Shown here piece after piece: positions 44,796 through 55,526 of a stretch of DNA of 64,000 bases; position 1 is the first letter of the stretch, and every line of letters begins with the position of its first letter. A program made the translations under genes and the position numbers. Origin of the DNA: Candidatus Woesebacteria bacterium (GTDB lineage Bacteria; Patescibacteriota; Microgenomatia; UBA8517); assembly GCA_016926185.1 (NCBI GenBank), contig JAFGPD010000042.1, forward strand, positions 1,985 through 65,984, in the 5' to 3' direction. The notes under the pieces were generated by a model. That model was not told the origin of the DNA. It worked only from the letters and a program-made list of their open reading frames with translations, and did not search any database.

Positions 44796-46724
44796 TTATT
44801 TCAAGTACTTTTCCACGATCTTATCAAAGCTTGAGAGGTCATCCGGATCTGAAGTTGGTAGTTCTATGTCTTGCACGTCCTCAAGCAAATGTTCCGGGAC
44901 CTCAACAATAAAACGGCTGGGGGGATTACTTGCTTGCTGGCCGAAGTATAATCTTTTACCGGCGTATGTAAGATACAGCAAGTTTTCTGCTCTGGTCATT
45001 CCAACATATGCAAGCCTTCTTTCTTCCTCAAGCTCGTTTATGTCAAAGAGACTACGTGAGTGGGGGAATAATCCCTCTTCCATTCCGACAATAAAAACTG
45101 TCGGGAATTCCAGTCCCTTTGCGGCGTGCAGTGTCATTAAAGTAACTGAATCATTTTCTTTTCCCATTGATCGATGTTGGATGCCTTCTTGGCTGTCCTG
45201 CTCTAATTCAACTAGTGCGACATTTTCTAAAAACTCATTGATGTTGGGAAACTCTGTTGCAACCGATCGAAGCTCTTTGATATTTTCCAATCTTGCTATA
45301 TTTTCCTCGGTTTCCCTCTCGTACTTTTTAAGATAGCCGGTCTTTTCCAATACTGTGTCCATAAGTGTCAGGGTTGTATGTCTGTCCCAAGGAGATCCTT
45401 CGCTTTGCTCAGGATGACTTTCATAAGTTTTCAATTGTAACTCCTCAGTCAATTTTTCAAACGCTTCAAAGCGCCCTTTTCCTAACTTTTTGACCCTTTC
45501 CTGAGATATTGTATCTTTAGGGTTAACCAGAAGTCTTAGGTAGCTTAGAACGTCTTTCACCTCTTTCCGTTCATAGAACTTAACTCCGCCAACCAACGTG
45601 TAAGGGATACCAGCATGGAGAAACGCTTCCTCCAGAACACGAGACTGTGCGTTAGTGCGATATAAAACTGCAATGTCGGAATAGTTGAGCTTATCTTCAG
45701 TTTCAAGGGTTGTCAGTTTTTGAACCTCACCAACAACAAAGCTTGCTTCTTTGTAACCGGATTTTGCACGATGGACTCTTATTTTTTCACCCTCATTTTT
45801 TTTGGTCCAAAGATTTAGCACTGGATGGGTAGTGTTTTTTCTGATCACTGAGTTGGCAGCGTCTAAGATATTTTGTGTCGAACGATAGTTTTGCTCAAGG
45901 TTTACTATAGTTATTTCAGGATAATCTCTCTGCAGATATTGGATGTTTCTGTAATCAGCACCTCTCCATGAATAAATAGATTGGCTTGCATCACCGACTG
46001 CTGAGATATTTTTATTTTGTCCCACAATGAGTTTGGTCAGTTGGTACTGAATTTTATTCGTGTCCTGCCATTCATCTACCAGAACATGGGTAAGTATATT
46101 TTGCCACTTTTTTAGGACATCTTCGTTCTCCTGCAATAAAGACACAGATCTAAGTAAAAGATCATCAAAATCCAGAGCATCAATTTCCTGTAAAAGTTTT
46201 TGATAAGCATTGTAAATTTTAAAAATACCTTCCTGATAATCACCTTTGACTATCTCGGCATATTTAAGTGGGGTAAGCATTTGCGATTTTGCATCAGAGA
46301 TTTGTGCAGCGACACTTCCCGGTTTGAATTTATCTTCATTAAGATCAAGCTGCTGTATGACCTGCTTTATTGCGTCTTTGGTATCTCTTTGGTCAAAGAT
46401 GATGAAGTTCCTGTCAATTCCTGAATATTGACCATCGATCCTTAAAAGTCTTGCACAAAATGAGTGAAAAGTTCCAGCAAAGCCTGGAATGTCATTGGTC
46501 AGTTTTCCGATCCTTTGTTTCATTTCGCCGGCGGCCTTGTTGGTAAAAGTTAAAAGTAAAATATTTCCGGGGTGTGCGATCTTTTCTTTAATAAAGTATG
46601 CGGCTCTGTGGGTCAAAACCCTTGTTTTACCGCTTCCGGCGCCGGCAAGAACTAAAAGAGGGGAGCCAACGTGGGTTACTGCTTCTTTTTGCTTGTCGTT
46701 TAAGTTTTTTAAAAGTTCATCCAT
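44796..46724 (-). CDS. pcrA: ATP-dependent DNA helicase PcrA/UvrD
   Basis: Walker A GAGSGKTRVL. VDEWQDTN, YRTNAQSR, LMTLHAAKGLEFPTVF, VGMTRAENLLYLT. Compact at 642 aa. Confidence 0.85.
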   Translation of the reverse strand: MDELLKNLNDKQKEAVTHVGSPLLVLAGAGSGKTRVLTHRAAYFIKEKIAHPGNILLLTFTNKAAGEMKQRIGKLTNDIPGFAGTFHSFCARLLRIDGQYSGIDRNFIIFDQRDTKDAIKQVIQQLDLNEDKFKPGSVAAQISDAKSQMLTPLKYAEIVKGDYQEGIFKIYNAYQKLLQEIDALDFDDLLLRSVSLLQENEDVLKKWQNILTHVLVDEWQDTNKIQYQLTKLIVGQNKNISAVGDASQSIYSWRGADYRNIQYLQRDYPEITIVNLEQNYRSTQNILDAANSVIRKNTTHPVLNLWTKKNEGEKIRVHRAKSGYKEASFVVGEVQKLTTLETEDKLNYSDIAVLYRTNAQSRVLEEAFLHAGIPYTLVGGVKFYERKEVKDVLSYLRLLVNPKDTISQERVKKLGKGRFEAFEKLTEELQLKTYESHPEQSEGSPWDRHTTLTLMDTVLEKTGYLKKYERETEENIARLENIKELRSVATEFPNINEFLENVALVELEQDSQEGIQHRSMGKENDSVTLMTLHAAKGLEFPTVFIVGMEEGLFPHSRSLFDINELEEERRLAYVGMTRAENLLYLTYAGKRLYFGQQASNPPSRFIVEVPEHLLEDVQDIELPTSDPDDLSSFDKIVEKYLK

Positions 46725-46907
46725 GTTTTTAAGTACAAAAACTAGTGTTAAAATATATTCTTAGCTATCCAGTACTAGAAATTTTCATAATACGATCATA
46801 TGTCATAACATAAAGCACTTGATTGAAAAAGATGAATTTTGTTCAGCTTGAAAATTTCAGTACGGGTCTGCATGTTATTTTTATATTAAAATCAATATTG
46901 TATTTGT

Positions 46908-48092
46908 ATGGTAACCTCTAATTCTATCATGGAAGAAAAAGAACCTGTTGAAATAAAAGATAAATCTTTTACAAGAAATAAAGTGTTATTTTCAAAGATC
47001 AAAAGAAGAATATTAAAGCATCTTTGGGTTGTAAGGGTGCTGGTTGTGATAGGAATTGTTGTTGTTTTAGCTGGAGGTGTAGTGGGTTTTGGATTTTTTT
47101 TCAAGGATTCGGTTGTGGGTAAGTATATGAGTCTTGCCGGAAATTTTATTTTTGCTCCGAGTGAAAAGATAGAAAGTTTTTCCGGCAGAACCAACATTTT
47201 ACTTTTAGGCAAAGGTGGGGCGGGACACGAAGCACCCGATCTCACGGACACGATAATCTTGGTCTCAGTTGATCATGAGACACCTGATATTTTTTTGCTT
47301 AGTACACCTCGGGATATTTGGATGCCTGCCATAAGGGCAAAGATCAACAGTGCTTACTATTGGGGAAATCAGAAAGAAAACACTTCAGGTTATGATAATG
47401 GGGTGGGAAGCGGAGGAATGGTTCTGGCGAAGTCATCGGTAGAAGAGGTTGTAGGGGTTCCTGTTCATTACGCGGCGGTTTTGGACTTCGGAGGATTTCG
47501 GCAGATCATTGATGTTGTGGGCGGGGTAGAGATCGATGTCAAAAGAGGCTTTGTTGATGAAAAGTATCCAATAGAAGGAAGGGAAAATGACGAATGTCTG
47601 CCCGCGCAGACAGATGATGGAGACACTGATCTTAGTTGCCGTTATGAGACGATTGAGTTTTCGAAAGGTTTACAGGTTATGGATGGTCAGACCGCTCTTA
47701 AGTTTGTCAGGAGCAGGAATGCTGAAGGAGAGGAAGGAACGGACTTCGCAAGGGAGGAAAGACAGCAGTTGGTCATTAATGCCCTCAAACAAAAGCTTTT
47801 TTCAAAAAAAGTTTTCACTTCACCGAAAACTCTTTTGGCGATAAAGGATGTGCTGGTTAAATTCACAGAGACCGACCTTGAGGAGGGCGAAGAAGCTGTT
47901 TTGGCAAGGTTTATTTTTGATGCAAGGGAAAGTGTTCAGAGCGAAGTTTTACCTGAGGAGTTCTTGGAAAATCCGCCAATTTCTGATAAATATGACAATC
48001 TTTATGTTCTCATTCCTCGTGATGACGATCCTGATACTCCTGAGCATGATTGGAGTAGGGTTCATGAATGGGTTTCGGGAAAATTATATTAG
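46908..48092 (+). CDS. LytR-CpsA-Psr (LCP) family glycopolymer-to-peptidoglycan ligase
   Basis: N-terminal TM, then NILLLGKGGAGHEAPDLTDTIILVSVDH...TPRDIW...AKINSAYY, the LCP core. Confidence 0.7.
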   Translation: MVTSNSIMEEKEPVEIKDKSFTRNKVLFSKIKRRILKHLWVVRVLVVIGIVVVLAGGVVGFGFFFKDSVVGKYMSLAGNFIFAPSEKIESFSGRTNILLLGKGGAGHEAPDLTDTIILVSVDHETPDIFLLSTPRDIWMPAIRAKINSAYYWGNQKENTSGYDNGVGSGGMVLAKSSVEEVVGVPVHYAAVLDFGGFRQIIDVVGGVEIDVKRGFVDEKYPIEGRENDECLPAQTDDGDTDLSCRYETIEFSKGLQVMDGQTALKFVRSRNAEGEEGTDFAREERQQLVINALKQKLFSKKVFTSPKTLLAIKDVLVKFTETDLEEGEEAVLARFIFDARESVQSEVLPEEFLENPPISDKYDNLYVLIPRDDDPDTPEHDWSRVHEWVSGKLY

Positions 48093-50122
48093 TTGATCTC
48101 ATAAACAGAAGTTGTTCCTGAGGTGAAAACGGTCTCTCCTAACTGAGTGAACTTTTCTTCGCTGAGAGCCGTGAACTTTTCTCTTTCAAATTCTCCCACT
48201 ATGACAAATTTGACATCATATTTTTGCAGAAGGTGTCTTGCAATATCAGGGCTTGTTGTGCTGTAAATCTGTTCTATATCAGCGACTCTTGCTTGCGGAA
48301 TGTCCGCTGTCCCTCGCCACAACCATTCGTGCACGAACCAGCCGGATACTGTGGGAAGACCTGTATAGGAAGATATCACATTGTATTCAGTATAAGAGTC
48401 ACCCGGTGACTCTAGGATGACTGGCTGACCTTCAACATTTTTATTAAACCAATTGACGACATTACCTAACTCCGGCCGTCTTAATGAAAGCCAAGTAGTT
48501 CCATCTAAACCATGATAAGTTTCTAGCTTGTTGTAGTAGGCTTTAATGGCAATGCTGGGGTAGCCCAGTATGGTCCAGAACACTAATCCAAAAAATAGTG
48601 CAATTGTTAATTTCCCGAAAGATTTTTTTGCTAGGTTAATTGCTCTTACTGCGATATACCCGGAAGTTAGATAAAACATAACGAACGCTTGGTAGGTGAG
48701 CTTAAACATTGTATTTGCACGGTGGTGACTCGCGATATAGATATCCTTTACGTAAAAGATCTCAGGAAGAACGATAAGAATCCAGGAAGCAACATGCAGA
48801 CAAAAGACAAAAAGGTCGGAAAATTTTATCTTTTTTATCGACTTGAAGTTTTTCGAAAGGATTACTGTAAGTGTTGCGGTTAGGATCAAAGGAAAACCCC
48901 ACAAGATCAAAAGCTGCCAAATGTATGAGCGTGAGTTGACCAATTTTACACCCTCCGCAATTGAGACAAAATTGAGAATAAAAGGTAAAGCAAAAACAAT
49001 CCCGGAAAGCGCAATAACAATGGATCTCAAAGCAGGATAAGTTACGGTCCTGATTTTTATTCCCTGTTTTTGAAATTCAAAGATCAAAAGTGCAAATCCG
49101 GTTGTCAGAAGATAGTTGCCAAAATCCCACGTGTTTGTGATGAACATAATACCTGCCACAAAACCCAAAGGAATTAGATTTTTAGAAACTAACTTTCTCT
49201 CTTTCCTCCTTATATAAAAGATCAACAAAGATAAATAAAGAAGAACAAAAGGAAGATCAAGAAGGTGTGCATGAAGATCAGAAACAACGTAAGAATACAA
49301 AGGAAATTCGTGAATTGTTTTATCCTCTCTATCTGGATTATAGCCTATGAAACGAGTCGCGTCGGAGTACCAGTAATTATCAATGCCGTCTTTTAATAAA
49401 TAAAATGGAGTATGGAAATTTCCGCCGAAATTCATAAGTACTGCAGACAGAAGTCCGGCTGCGAATACTGTTCTGAAGCTTAGTTTCTTATCTACAAATT
49501 TCAGCAGGGTTGCAGAAATTGTGAATACTGAAGATAATGACAGCCCAAGGATTGTTGCGATCATGATATTGTAAGCAATAGAAGAGGGGATGTTACTGAG
49601 TTTAGTGATCAGGGCTGTTATGAAATGGCCAAACCAATAGTAGTTGATATTTCCTCCTGCAAACCACATATCAGCGGGGGGGAGGTATTCTGACCTGAGG
49701 ATGGAGTTGATAAATCCATAATCCATGAATTTCTCAAGACCATTGATGTCCGGCTGATATCCGCGGATTATGCTCCAAAAAACGAGTCCAAAAACAAAAA
49801 GTATTTCGGTGACAATAACTGATCTAAATTTCTTTCTAAGATCTTTAACTAAAGAGCTCTGTTTTTTAAACAGCGAATAATTAAACCCTGCATAGATCAG
49901 GAAAAATATAAGTAGAGTGTTTCTTTTGAACGGAAGGATTTGAATTATTGAGAGGAAGAATACAGCGTAGCCAAAAAATGCCAACCCGACCGTTTTGGAA
50001 AGCCCGTATCCTGCACCGACAAATTTTCCGAAAAACTTGTAGGTTATCGGCAGAGAAACTATTCCAAAAACAAATAGCCAAATCCACCAGTTGAAAATAT
50101 AAAAAAGATCTCGAGATAACAT
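48089..50122 (-). CDS. large polytopic membrane protein (possible glycosyltransferase-C-type)
   Basis: 677 aa, more than 14 TM helices, with a soluble C-terminal domain. Sits between the LCP and GT genes. Family not assignable from sequence alone. Confidence 0.45.
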   Translation of the reverse strand: MLSRDLFYIFNWWIWLFVFGIVSLPITYKFFGKFVGAGYGLSKTVGLAFFGYAVFFLSIIQILPFKRNTLLIFFLIYAGFNYSLFKKQSSLVKDLRKKFRSVIVTEILFVFGLVFWSIIRGYQPDINGLEKFMDYGFINSILRSEYLPPADMWFAGGNINYYWFGHFITALITKLSNIPSSIAYNIMIATILGLSLSSVFTISATLLKFVDKKLSFRTVFAAGLLSAVLMNFGGNFHTPFYLLKDGIDNYWYSDATRFIGYNPDREDKTIHEFPLYSYVVSDLHAHLLDLPFVLLYLSLLIFYIRRKERKLVSKNLIPLGFVAGIMFITNTWDFGNYLLTTGFALLIFEFQKQGIKIRTVTYPALRSIVIALSGIVFALPFILNFVSIAEGVKLVNSRSYIWQLLILWGFPLILTATLTVILSKNFKSIKKIKFSDLFVFCLHVASWILIVLPEIFYVKDIYIASHHRANTMFKLTYQAFVMFYLTSGYIAVRAINLAKKSFGKLTIALFFGLVFWTILGYPSIAIKAYYNKLETYHGLDGTTWLSLRRPELGNVVNWFNKNVEGQPVILESPGDSYTEYNVISSYTGLPTVSGWFVHEWLWRGTADIPQARVADIEQIYSTTSPDIARHLLQKYDVKFVIVGEFEREKFTALSEEKFTQLGETVFTSGTTSVYEIN

Positions 50123-50291
50123 TTAAAGAAATTATATACAAAATAGTATATTAAGAAAAACAAAAAGGTTGTACGTTTTCTGTGAATGGTTTGCTAGATC
50201 ATATTTATATAAAAAATCAATCAAGATTTTGAAAGTCGTTATTTAACTCTTACATTTAATCAGCTAGCATATACTAAAATATCAAATTGTC

Positions 50292-50810
50292 ATGGGTAAC
50301 AAAAAAACAAAAATTATCGCGTTTGATCTTGATGGTGTCGTAATAGGAAAGCCACCTTTAATACCGAAAAACTTAATAGAATTTCTTTACCGAGGAAGGA
50401 TTAACCACAAACTTAGCTATAGATACCCGAATTCTAGACTTGAGATAAAAATAAGAAAATTTAGCCACTTTCCTTATTTTAGATTTCCAATAAAGCAAAA
50501 CATTACTTTAATAAAAAAGCTTGCCAAGAAAAACACTCTTTATGTAATAAGCAGCCGTTATTCTTTTCTGGAACAGGAGACTTTCAGATGGCTTGATCAC
50601 TACAAGGTTAAGAAATATTTTAAGAAAATAATACTAAACACCAAAGATGAAAAGCCTCATCTGTTTAAATTAGACAAGTTGAAGAAACTTAAACCAGATA
50701 TTTTTATAGAGGACGATCCGCTTATCGTGAACTATTTAAAGAGTAAAAAGATAAGGTGCAAAACAATTCATTTTATTAGATCAACAAGTGATTTGAATGT
50801 TTTATTATGA
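50292..50810 (+). CDS. HAD-like hydrolase/phosphatase
   Basis: IIAFDLDGVVI (DxD nucleophile motif of the HAD superfamily). Downstream IEDDP. Stop overlaps the GT4 start (ATGA). Confidence 0.45.
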   Translation: MGNKKTKIIAFDLDGVVIGKPPLIPKNLIEFLYRGRINHKLSYRYPNSRLEIKIRKFSHFPYFRFPIKQNITLIKKLAKKNTLYVISSRYSFLEQETFRWLDHYKVKKYFKKIILNTKDEKPHLFKLDKLKKLKPDIFIEDDPLIVNYLKSKKIRCKTIHFIRSTSDLNVLL

Positions 50811-51934
50811 AAATTTTAATTAGCATCTCATATTACCATCCAAACATCAGTGGACTTACACTGTATGCCAAAAGGATTGCTGAGGAAATGTCTAAAAAGG
50901 GACATAATGTGAAAGTGTTAACCTCACTTCACGATAAAAGCTTTCCATCAAAAGCTTTAGAAAATGGTGTAGAAGTTCACCGTGTATGGACACCTTTTAA
51001 GTTTGGGAGAGGACCCATTATGCCGACACATTTTATAAAAGCGCTGAAATTATCTTTATGGGCGGATGTTATAAATATTCATGTACCACAGTTTGAAGGC
51101 GTTTTTTTAGCAGTATTTGCAAAGATTTTTGGTAAAAAAATAATAATGACACATCATTGTGAGCTATCGAACTGGCCTGGTTTAGTAAATCAAATTACCG
51201 AAAAAGTAACAAATCTTTCACTGGTTGTACAAGGAACACTTTCCGATAAGATCGTCAGTTATACCAAAGATTACTCTTCAAATTCAAAATATCTCAAAAG
51301 ATTCAAAGATAAGGTGGTGTTGACTTTTCCGCCGGTGAAATTGGAGGCAAAATCAAATAAAAAGGTAACAAAGAATTTTTCAAAAGCCAAGTACAAAATT
51401 GGTTTTGCGGGAAGGATAGCAAAAGAAAAGGGTATAGAGTATCTATTACAGGCAATACCAACTTTAAAAAGTAAATTAGGAGAAGATATAAAGATATATT
51501 TAGCGGGTCCCAGTGATGAAGTCATAGGAGGGGGATATAAGTTTCAACTTTCAAGTTTGATTAATAAACACGAAAGTAATATAGAATTTGTTGGATCTTT
51601 GACCCAGGCAGAAATGCCGAGTTTTTATAATTTTATTGATGTGTTGGTTTTACCCTCCTATGAAAAAATTGAATCGTTTGGTTTTGTACAAGTAGAGTCT
51701 ATGTTGTCGGGAACTCCTGTTGTTGCCAGCAATATACCAGGAGTAAGAATTCCGGTAAAAAAGACAGGGATGGGAGAACTGTCTAAGCTGAAAGATCCTA
51801 AGGATTTGGCCAAAAAGATAGTAAAGATTTTAAAAAATAAAAGGAAATATTATAAAAGGATAAAAAAAGCAAAGAAAATTTTTTCCTATGAAAGCAGCAT
51901 TAATTTTTATGACAAGCTTTTCGATGAGAAATAA
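50807..51934 (+). CDS. GT4-family (GT-B) glycosyltransferase
   Basis: C-terminal EKIESFGFVQVESMLSGTPVVASN matches the GT4 E-x7-E and G-PVV motifs. 375 aa. Confidence 0.75.
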   Translation: MKILISISYYHPNISGLTLYAKRIAEEMSKKGHNVKVLTSLHDKSFPSKALENGVEVHRVWTPFKFGRGPIMPTHFIKALKLSLWADVINIHVPQFEGVFLAVFAKIFGKKIIMTHHCELSNWPGLVNQITEKVTNLSLVVQGTLSDKIVSYTKDYSSNSKYLKRFKDKVVLTFPPVKLEAKSNKKVTKNFSKAKYKIGFAGRIAKEKGIEYLLQAIPTLKSKLGEDIKIYLAGPSDEVIGGGYKFQLSSLINKHESNIEFVGSLTQAEMPSFYNFIDVLVLPSYEKIESFGFVQVESMLSGTPVVASNIPGVRIPVKKTGMGELSKLKDPKDLAKKIVKILKNKRKYYKRIKKAKKIFSYESSINFYDKLFDEK

Positions 51935-52071
51935 TTTTTTTTACTTTATAAATTCTCTTTGTAGTTAACACTTCATTTTTGCTTGTTCGTGTTTGTGTAA
52001 ATACCGATTTTTAGTAAAGAATATTTACAGTTTGAAGAACAATACTTTTTAAGTGGTAATTCTTGTTTTTC

Positions 52072-53826
52072 TCACCACCTTTGTGAGTTTTTATAAATTA
52101 ATACTTTAGGATGGTCATAAACTGTAAATGTCTCATCTGAATAATCATCTCTCAGAGGAATACCCAGAAGCGGTATGGTTGGATAAGATGCAAATTCTTT
52201 CAGTTTTTTAAATTGAGTGTTGCCGGAAAGAAGGTTTTTGTAAAATTGTGAAGTAACAGGATATCTAGTAGGAGCTTTAGATATAGACCCCCAAAGTCGA
52301 TTAGATGAAAGTATTAAATAATCTACAGAATCAAGCTGGCTATTAACCTTCTTCCACTTATCTTGTGTGTCTGGATTAAATAGATTAAACGTTACCTGAT
52401 TATAAATTGAGGAGCTTTTGCCATTAATCGGTAAGGGGAGACAGTCGTCCCAATGCTCACAGGAAATTGTCGAGCCCGCAGGAATATATTCATAGATCCA
52501 TTCTGATGCTGTAACTCTCGTATGTGGTTTACTATAGATTGTCATGAAAGATATGGTGTTTATTAGAACAAAAAACATAAAAACCGCAAAGATTATGTTA
52601 AATAAATTAAATCTTTTTTCTTGAAATTTTGAAGAAACGAGAGTTAGTGTGTATCCACTTATGACACTTAGGAAAGGAATCATTGGATAAAAATATCTAA
52701 GTGCTTTTGCAAACTGAAATGACTGGTAGGCAAACAAAAAGTAGACCCAAGCAATTATTGAAAAAAGGTAGATATATTCCTTTTCAATCTTTTTAAAATT
52801 ATGTTTTCTGATTGTTTTAAATCCACTTTTGACCAAAATTATTATACAAAATATTGCCGAAAAAATTGATAGTAAACCAAGAAATGGCCCCAATCCCCAA
52901 AAGATTAGATTCTTTAGAGGATATATAACCGGTTTAGTATTAAGCCATTGTATTGCGGGCGGAAACCAGGTGTCAGGGTCTGAATATCCGGCAAGCTCCT
53001 TTAGATTTTCAATAAACTTTGGGTTTATTGACGGATTAAGAAAACTTTTATATGAAAAAACTCTTGGGTCAAAAAACCTCAGCGCTAAGTAGGAGATGAA
53101 AAGAAAGAATAATGCTCCCAAAAATATTTTTTTTCTGCCCCCATCTTTTTTAACCAGAAATAAGACAGTCATTAAACCAATTGGAACAGCAAATAAAAGG
53201 GTTGTTATTTTTGAGGCAAGTGCTGCCGAGAAAGTTATTGACGACAATATTAAATAAAAAAACTTAAATTTATCAAAAAACTTTAGATAAAGGTAAAAAG
53301 TAGCTGTTAGAAAAAAAACAAGGAAAGTGTCTACCGCAAAAAAATGTGATAACTGAATCGGCAGTATTGCAAGAGCATAGAAGCCAGATGCCAAAAGGCC
53401 GGCTTTTTTATTTTTGAGCACTGTTGCCAAAAGATAAACAAAAAGAATTGTAAGTGTGTCAAGGGCTACGCTGGCTGATCTTCCGACCAAAGTTATGTTG
53501 TTATAGTCAAATTCATCAAAAGAAATATTATTAGAAAGTAGCTTAACTAAGTTCATAGGCATAGTTCCGTACACAAAAAAATCATAACCTGCATTATAAG
53601 GATTAAGCGGTGAGATATTTTGGTCAAGATAAGTTGATATTTTTTCAGGTAAGGAAACATCAAGAGTAACCATGGTCAGAAATCTCTCGTCGGGGTGTAG
53701 ATGCTGGTTTTGGTCCCAATTTATTCCATAAACCCTCAGAAATAATCCAAATGTTATGATTGCTAAAAGAATAAAATAATGGACCTTATTAGATATTAAG
53801 AATTCTTTTGTAAGTTTCTTCATCAT
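52072..53826 (-). CDS. ArnT/PMT-like (COG1807) membrane glycosyltransferase paralog
   Basis: GINWDQNQHLHPDERF first-loop DE motif. About 12 TMs. C-terminal soluble domain resembling the two upstream paralogs. Confidence 0.6.
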   Translation of the reverse strand: MMKKLTKEFLISNKVHYFILLAIITFGLFLRVYGINWDQNQHLHPDERFLTMVTLDVSLPEKISTYLDQNISPLNPYNAGYDFFVYGTMPMNLVKLLSNNISFDEFDYNNITLVGRSASVALDTLTILFVYLLATVLKNKKAGLLASGFYALAILPIQLSHFFAVDTFLVFFLTATFYLYLKFFDKFKFFYLILSSITFSAALASKITTLLFAVPIGLMTVLFLVKKDGGRKKIFLGALFFLFISYLALRFFDPRVFSYKSFLNPSINPKFIENLKELAGYSDPDTWFPPAIQWLNTKPVIYPLKNLIFWGLGPFLGLLSIFSAIFCIIILVKSGFKTIRKHNFKKIEKEYIYLFSIIAWVYFLFAYQSFQFAKALRYFYPMIPFLSVISGYTLTLVSSKFQEKRFNLFNIIFAVFMFFVLINTISFMTIYSKPHTRVTASEWIYEYIPAGSTISCEHWDDCLPLPINGKSSSIYNQVTFNLFNPDTQDKWKKVNSQLDSVDYLILSSNRLWGSISKAPTRYPVTSQFYKNLLSGNTQFKKLKEFASYPTIPLLGIPLRDDYSDETFTVYDHPKVLIYKNSQRW

Positions 53827-55453
53827 AGTTGACTGTTTTTTTATAGATTCTTATTACGGGATGATCGAATACAGACCAAGTCTCTTCAGCTGTCTCGTCG
53901 TTTAATGAAATATTTATTAAAGGTACTGTTGGGAAGCTGGTAAAAGTTTTAATTTTTTCAAAACCCAAATTACAATTCACTAGCTTATTGTAGAAATTAT
54001 ATGTCAGTGGAAAATCTTTTTCAGAATGGTCCATAAACATTCTTCGGCTTTGAATTATAAAATAGTCACTTTTTACAAGTTCCGTTGCGAGCCGATCTTG
54101 TAAGGAAGGATCTTCATCAAGATGATAAAAATCAAAGGGTATTTTGGTGTAATTTCCTTTTAGAGGGGCTTCAAGTATGTTACCAGTTTCAGTGAGAATA
54201 TATGAATTTGCGGGTATGTTATTCTGAGCCCAAGCAGTTGCTTGAACACGAACATCTGGCTTTATGTAAATCGCAAAAAAACTTATACCCCATATTATTA
54301 CAGAAGTCATGCTCAGTCCGGCCAGAAAAATACCAGCTTTTTTGTTGATTTTATTGACCTTACTTATTAACAGAGCTGAAAAGATTGCAAAATATGGGAA
54401 TGTGGGAGCGATAAAGCGGGTCCATTTTGCATACAAGAAGCTATTAAACAAAAAGTAAGATAAAAAGAAATAGATAATCAAAAAATAAACTGCTCCGATT
54501 TCTTTTCTATAATTTTTAGTAAAAAGATAGATGATCAAAACAAGTCCGATTGTTCCAAGGATCAAATTAACAGGATCTATTGCGTAAATTAGTATTTTTG
54601 TGAACTGAAATATTATTGGAAGAGTGTTTTCGAAAGATCGGGTATAAAAAACTTTTTGAGTACCTTTTCCAACAGCAGTTTCATAATTCATTGAATGTTT
54701 GAGGCCTTGTAGGTCCAAGATGCTATATGGGAACGCAACGAAATAAAAAATTACAGTAACGAAAACAAAGATAAAAGAGCTTAATAAAATTTTTTTGAAT
54801 TTTTTCTCCCTGATATGTTTATAGCAAAAAGAAATAAGTGGTCCGGGTAGTGTCAAGATTGAAGTTATTTTGGTTGCCATAGCAAGACTTGTTGAAATGC
54901 CGGAAAGAGCAACGTTTTTTAAGTTGGGCTTATTAAGATATTTTATTGAAAAATAAAGACCAAGTAGCATCCAAAAAGAAATTGCCGATTCAGGTGTTGC
55001 AAAATGAGCTTGTTGGATAATACCTGGAGTTAATGCAGAAACTGCAGTTATAAGAAAAACCGGTGTGGGCTTATTGAAGATGTGTTTTGCGATTAAGTAA
55101 ATAACAAAAAGAGAAAGTGTTGAGAAGGTTGCTGAGAAAAATCTTCCGACAATAAATAAGCTAGGGTCGTAATTAAAAAGAATATTTAAGATCACCTTGG
55201 AAAAATATATTAGATAGACAGTTGTTGAGCCATATGAAAAAAGATGTGGATGCATTTGTTCGGGAAAATCAATTTGATTTGCCGATATGACCAAGTGGTA
55301 TTCATCAGGATGAAAATGATGACCGTTCCCCCAATCTAGTTTAAAAAATCTTAAAAAGGTTCCAATTAGGATAGGAAAAAAAACAATAAAGTGAGTAATT
55401 TTGGTTAGATAAGTAGTTTTGTGATTTTTTATATTTGATTTATAGAATTTCAT
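53789..55453 (-). CDS. ArnT/PMT-like (COG1807) membrane glycosyltransferase paralog
   Basis: WGNGHHFHPDEYH loop motif. Same architecture as 52072-53826, with a similar C-terminal domain (FTSFPTVPLINISLNDE... vs ASYPTIPLLGIPLRDDY...). Confidence 0.6.
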   Translation of the reverse strand: MKFYKSNIKNHKTTYLTKITHFIVFFPILIGTFLRFFKLDWGNGHHFHPDEYHLVISANQIDFPEQMHPHLFSYGSTTVYLIYFSKVILNILFNYDPSLFIVGRFFSATFSTLSLFVIYLIAKHIFNKPTPVFLITAVSALTPGIIQQAHFATPESAISFWMLLGLYFSIKYLNKPNLKNVALSGISTSLAMATKITSILTLPGPLISFCYKHIREKKFKKILLSSFIFVFVTVIFYFVAFPYSILDLQGLKHSMNYETAVGKGTQKVFYTRSFENTLPIIFQFTKILIYAIDPVNLILGTIGLVLIIYLFTKNYRKEIGAVYFLIIYFFLSYFLFNSFLYAKWTRFIAPTFPYFAIFSALLISKVNKINKKAGIFLAGLSMTSVIIWGISFFAIYIKPDVRVQATAWAQNNIPANSYILTETGNILEAPLKGNYTKIPFDFYHLDEDPSLQDRLATELVKSDYFIIQSRRMFMDHSEKDFPLTYNFYNKLVNCNLGFEKIKTFTSFPTVPLINISLNDETAEETWSVFDHPVIRIYKKTVNYDEETYKRILNI

Positions 55454-55526
55454 ATTAATTACGGATTGATTGAATTATTTTTACATGATTTTATCCCCGA
55501 CTGCACAATATAAGATAATTTTAAAG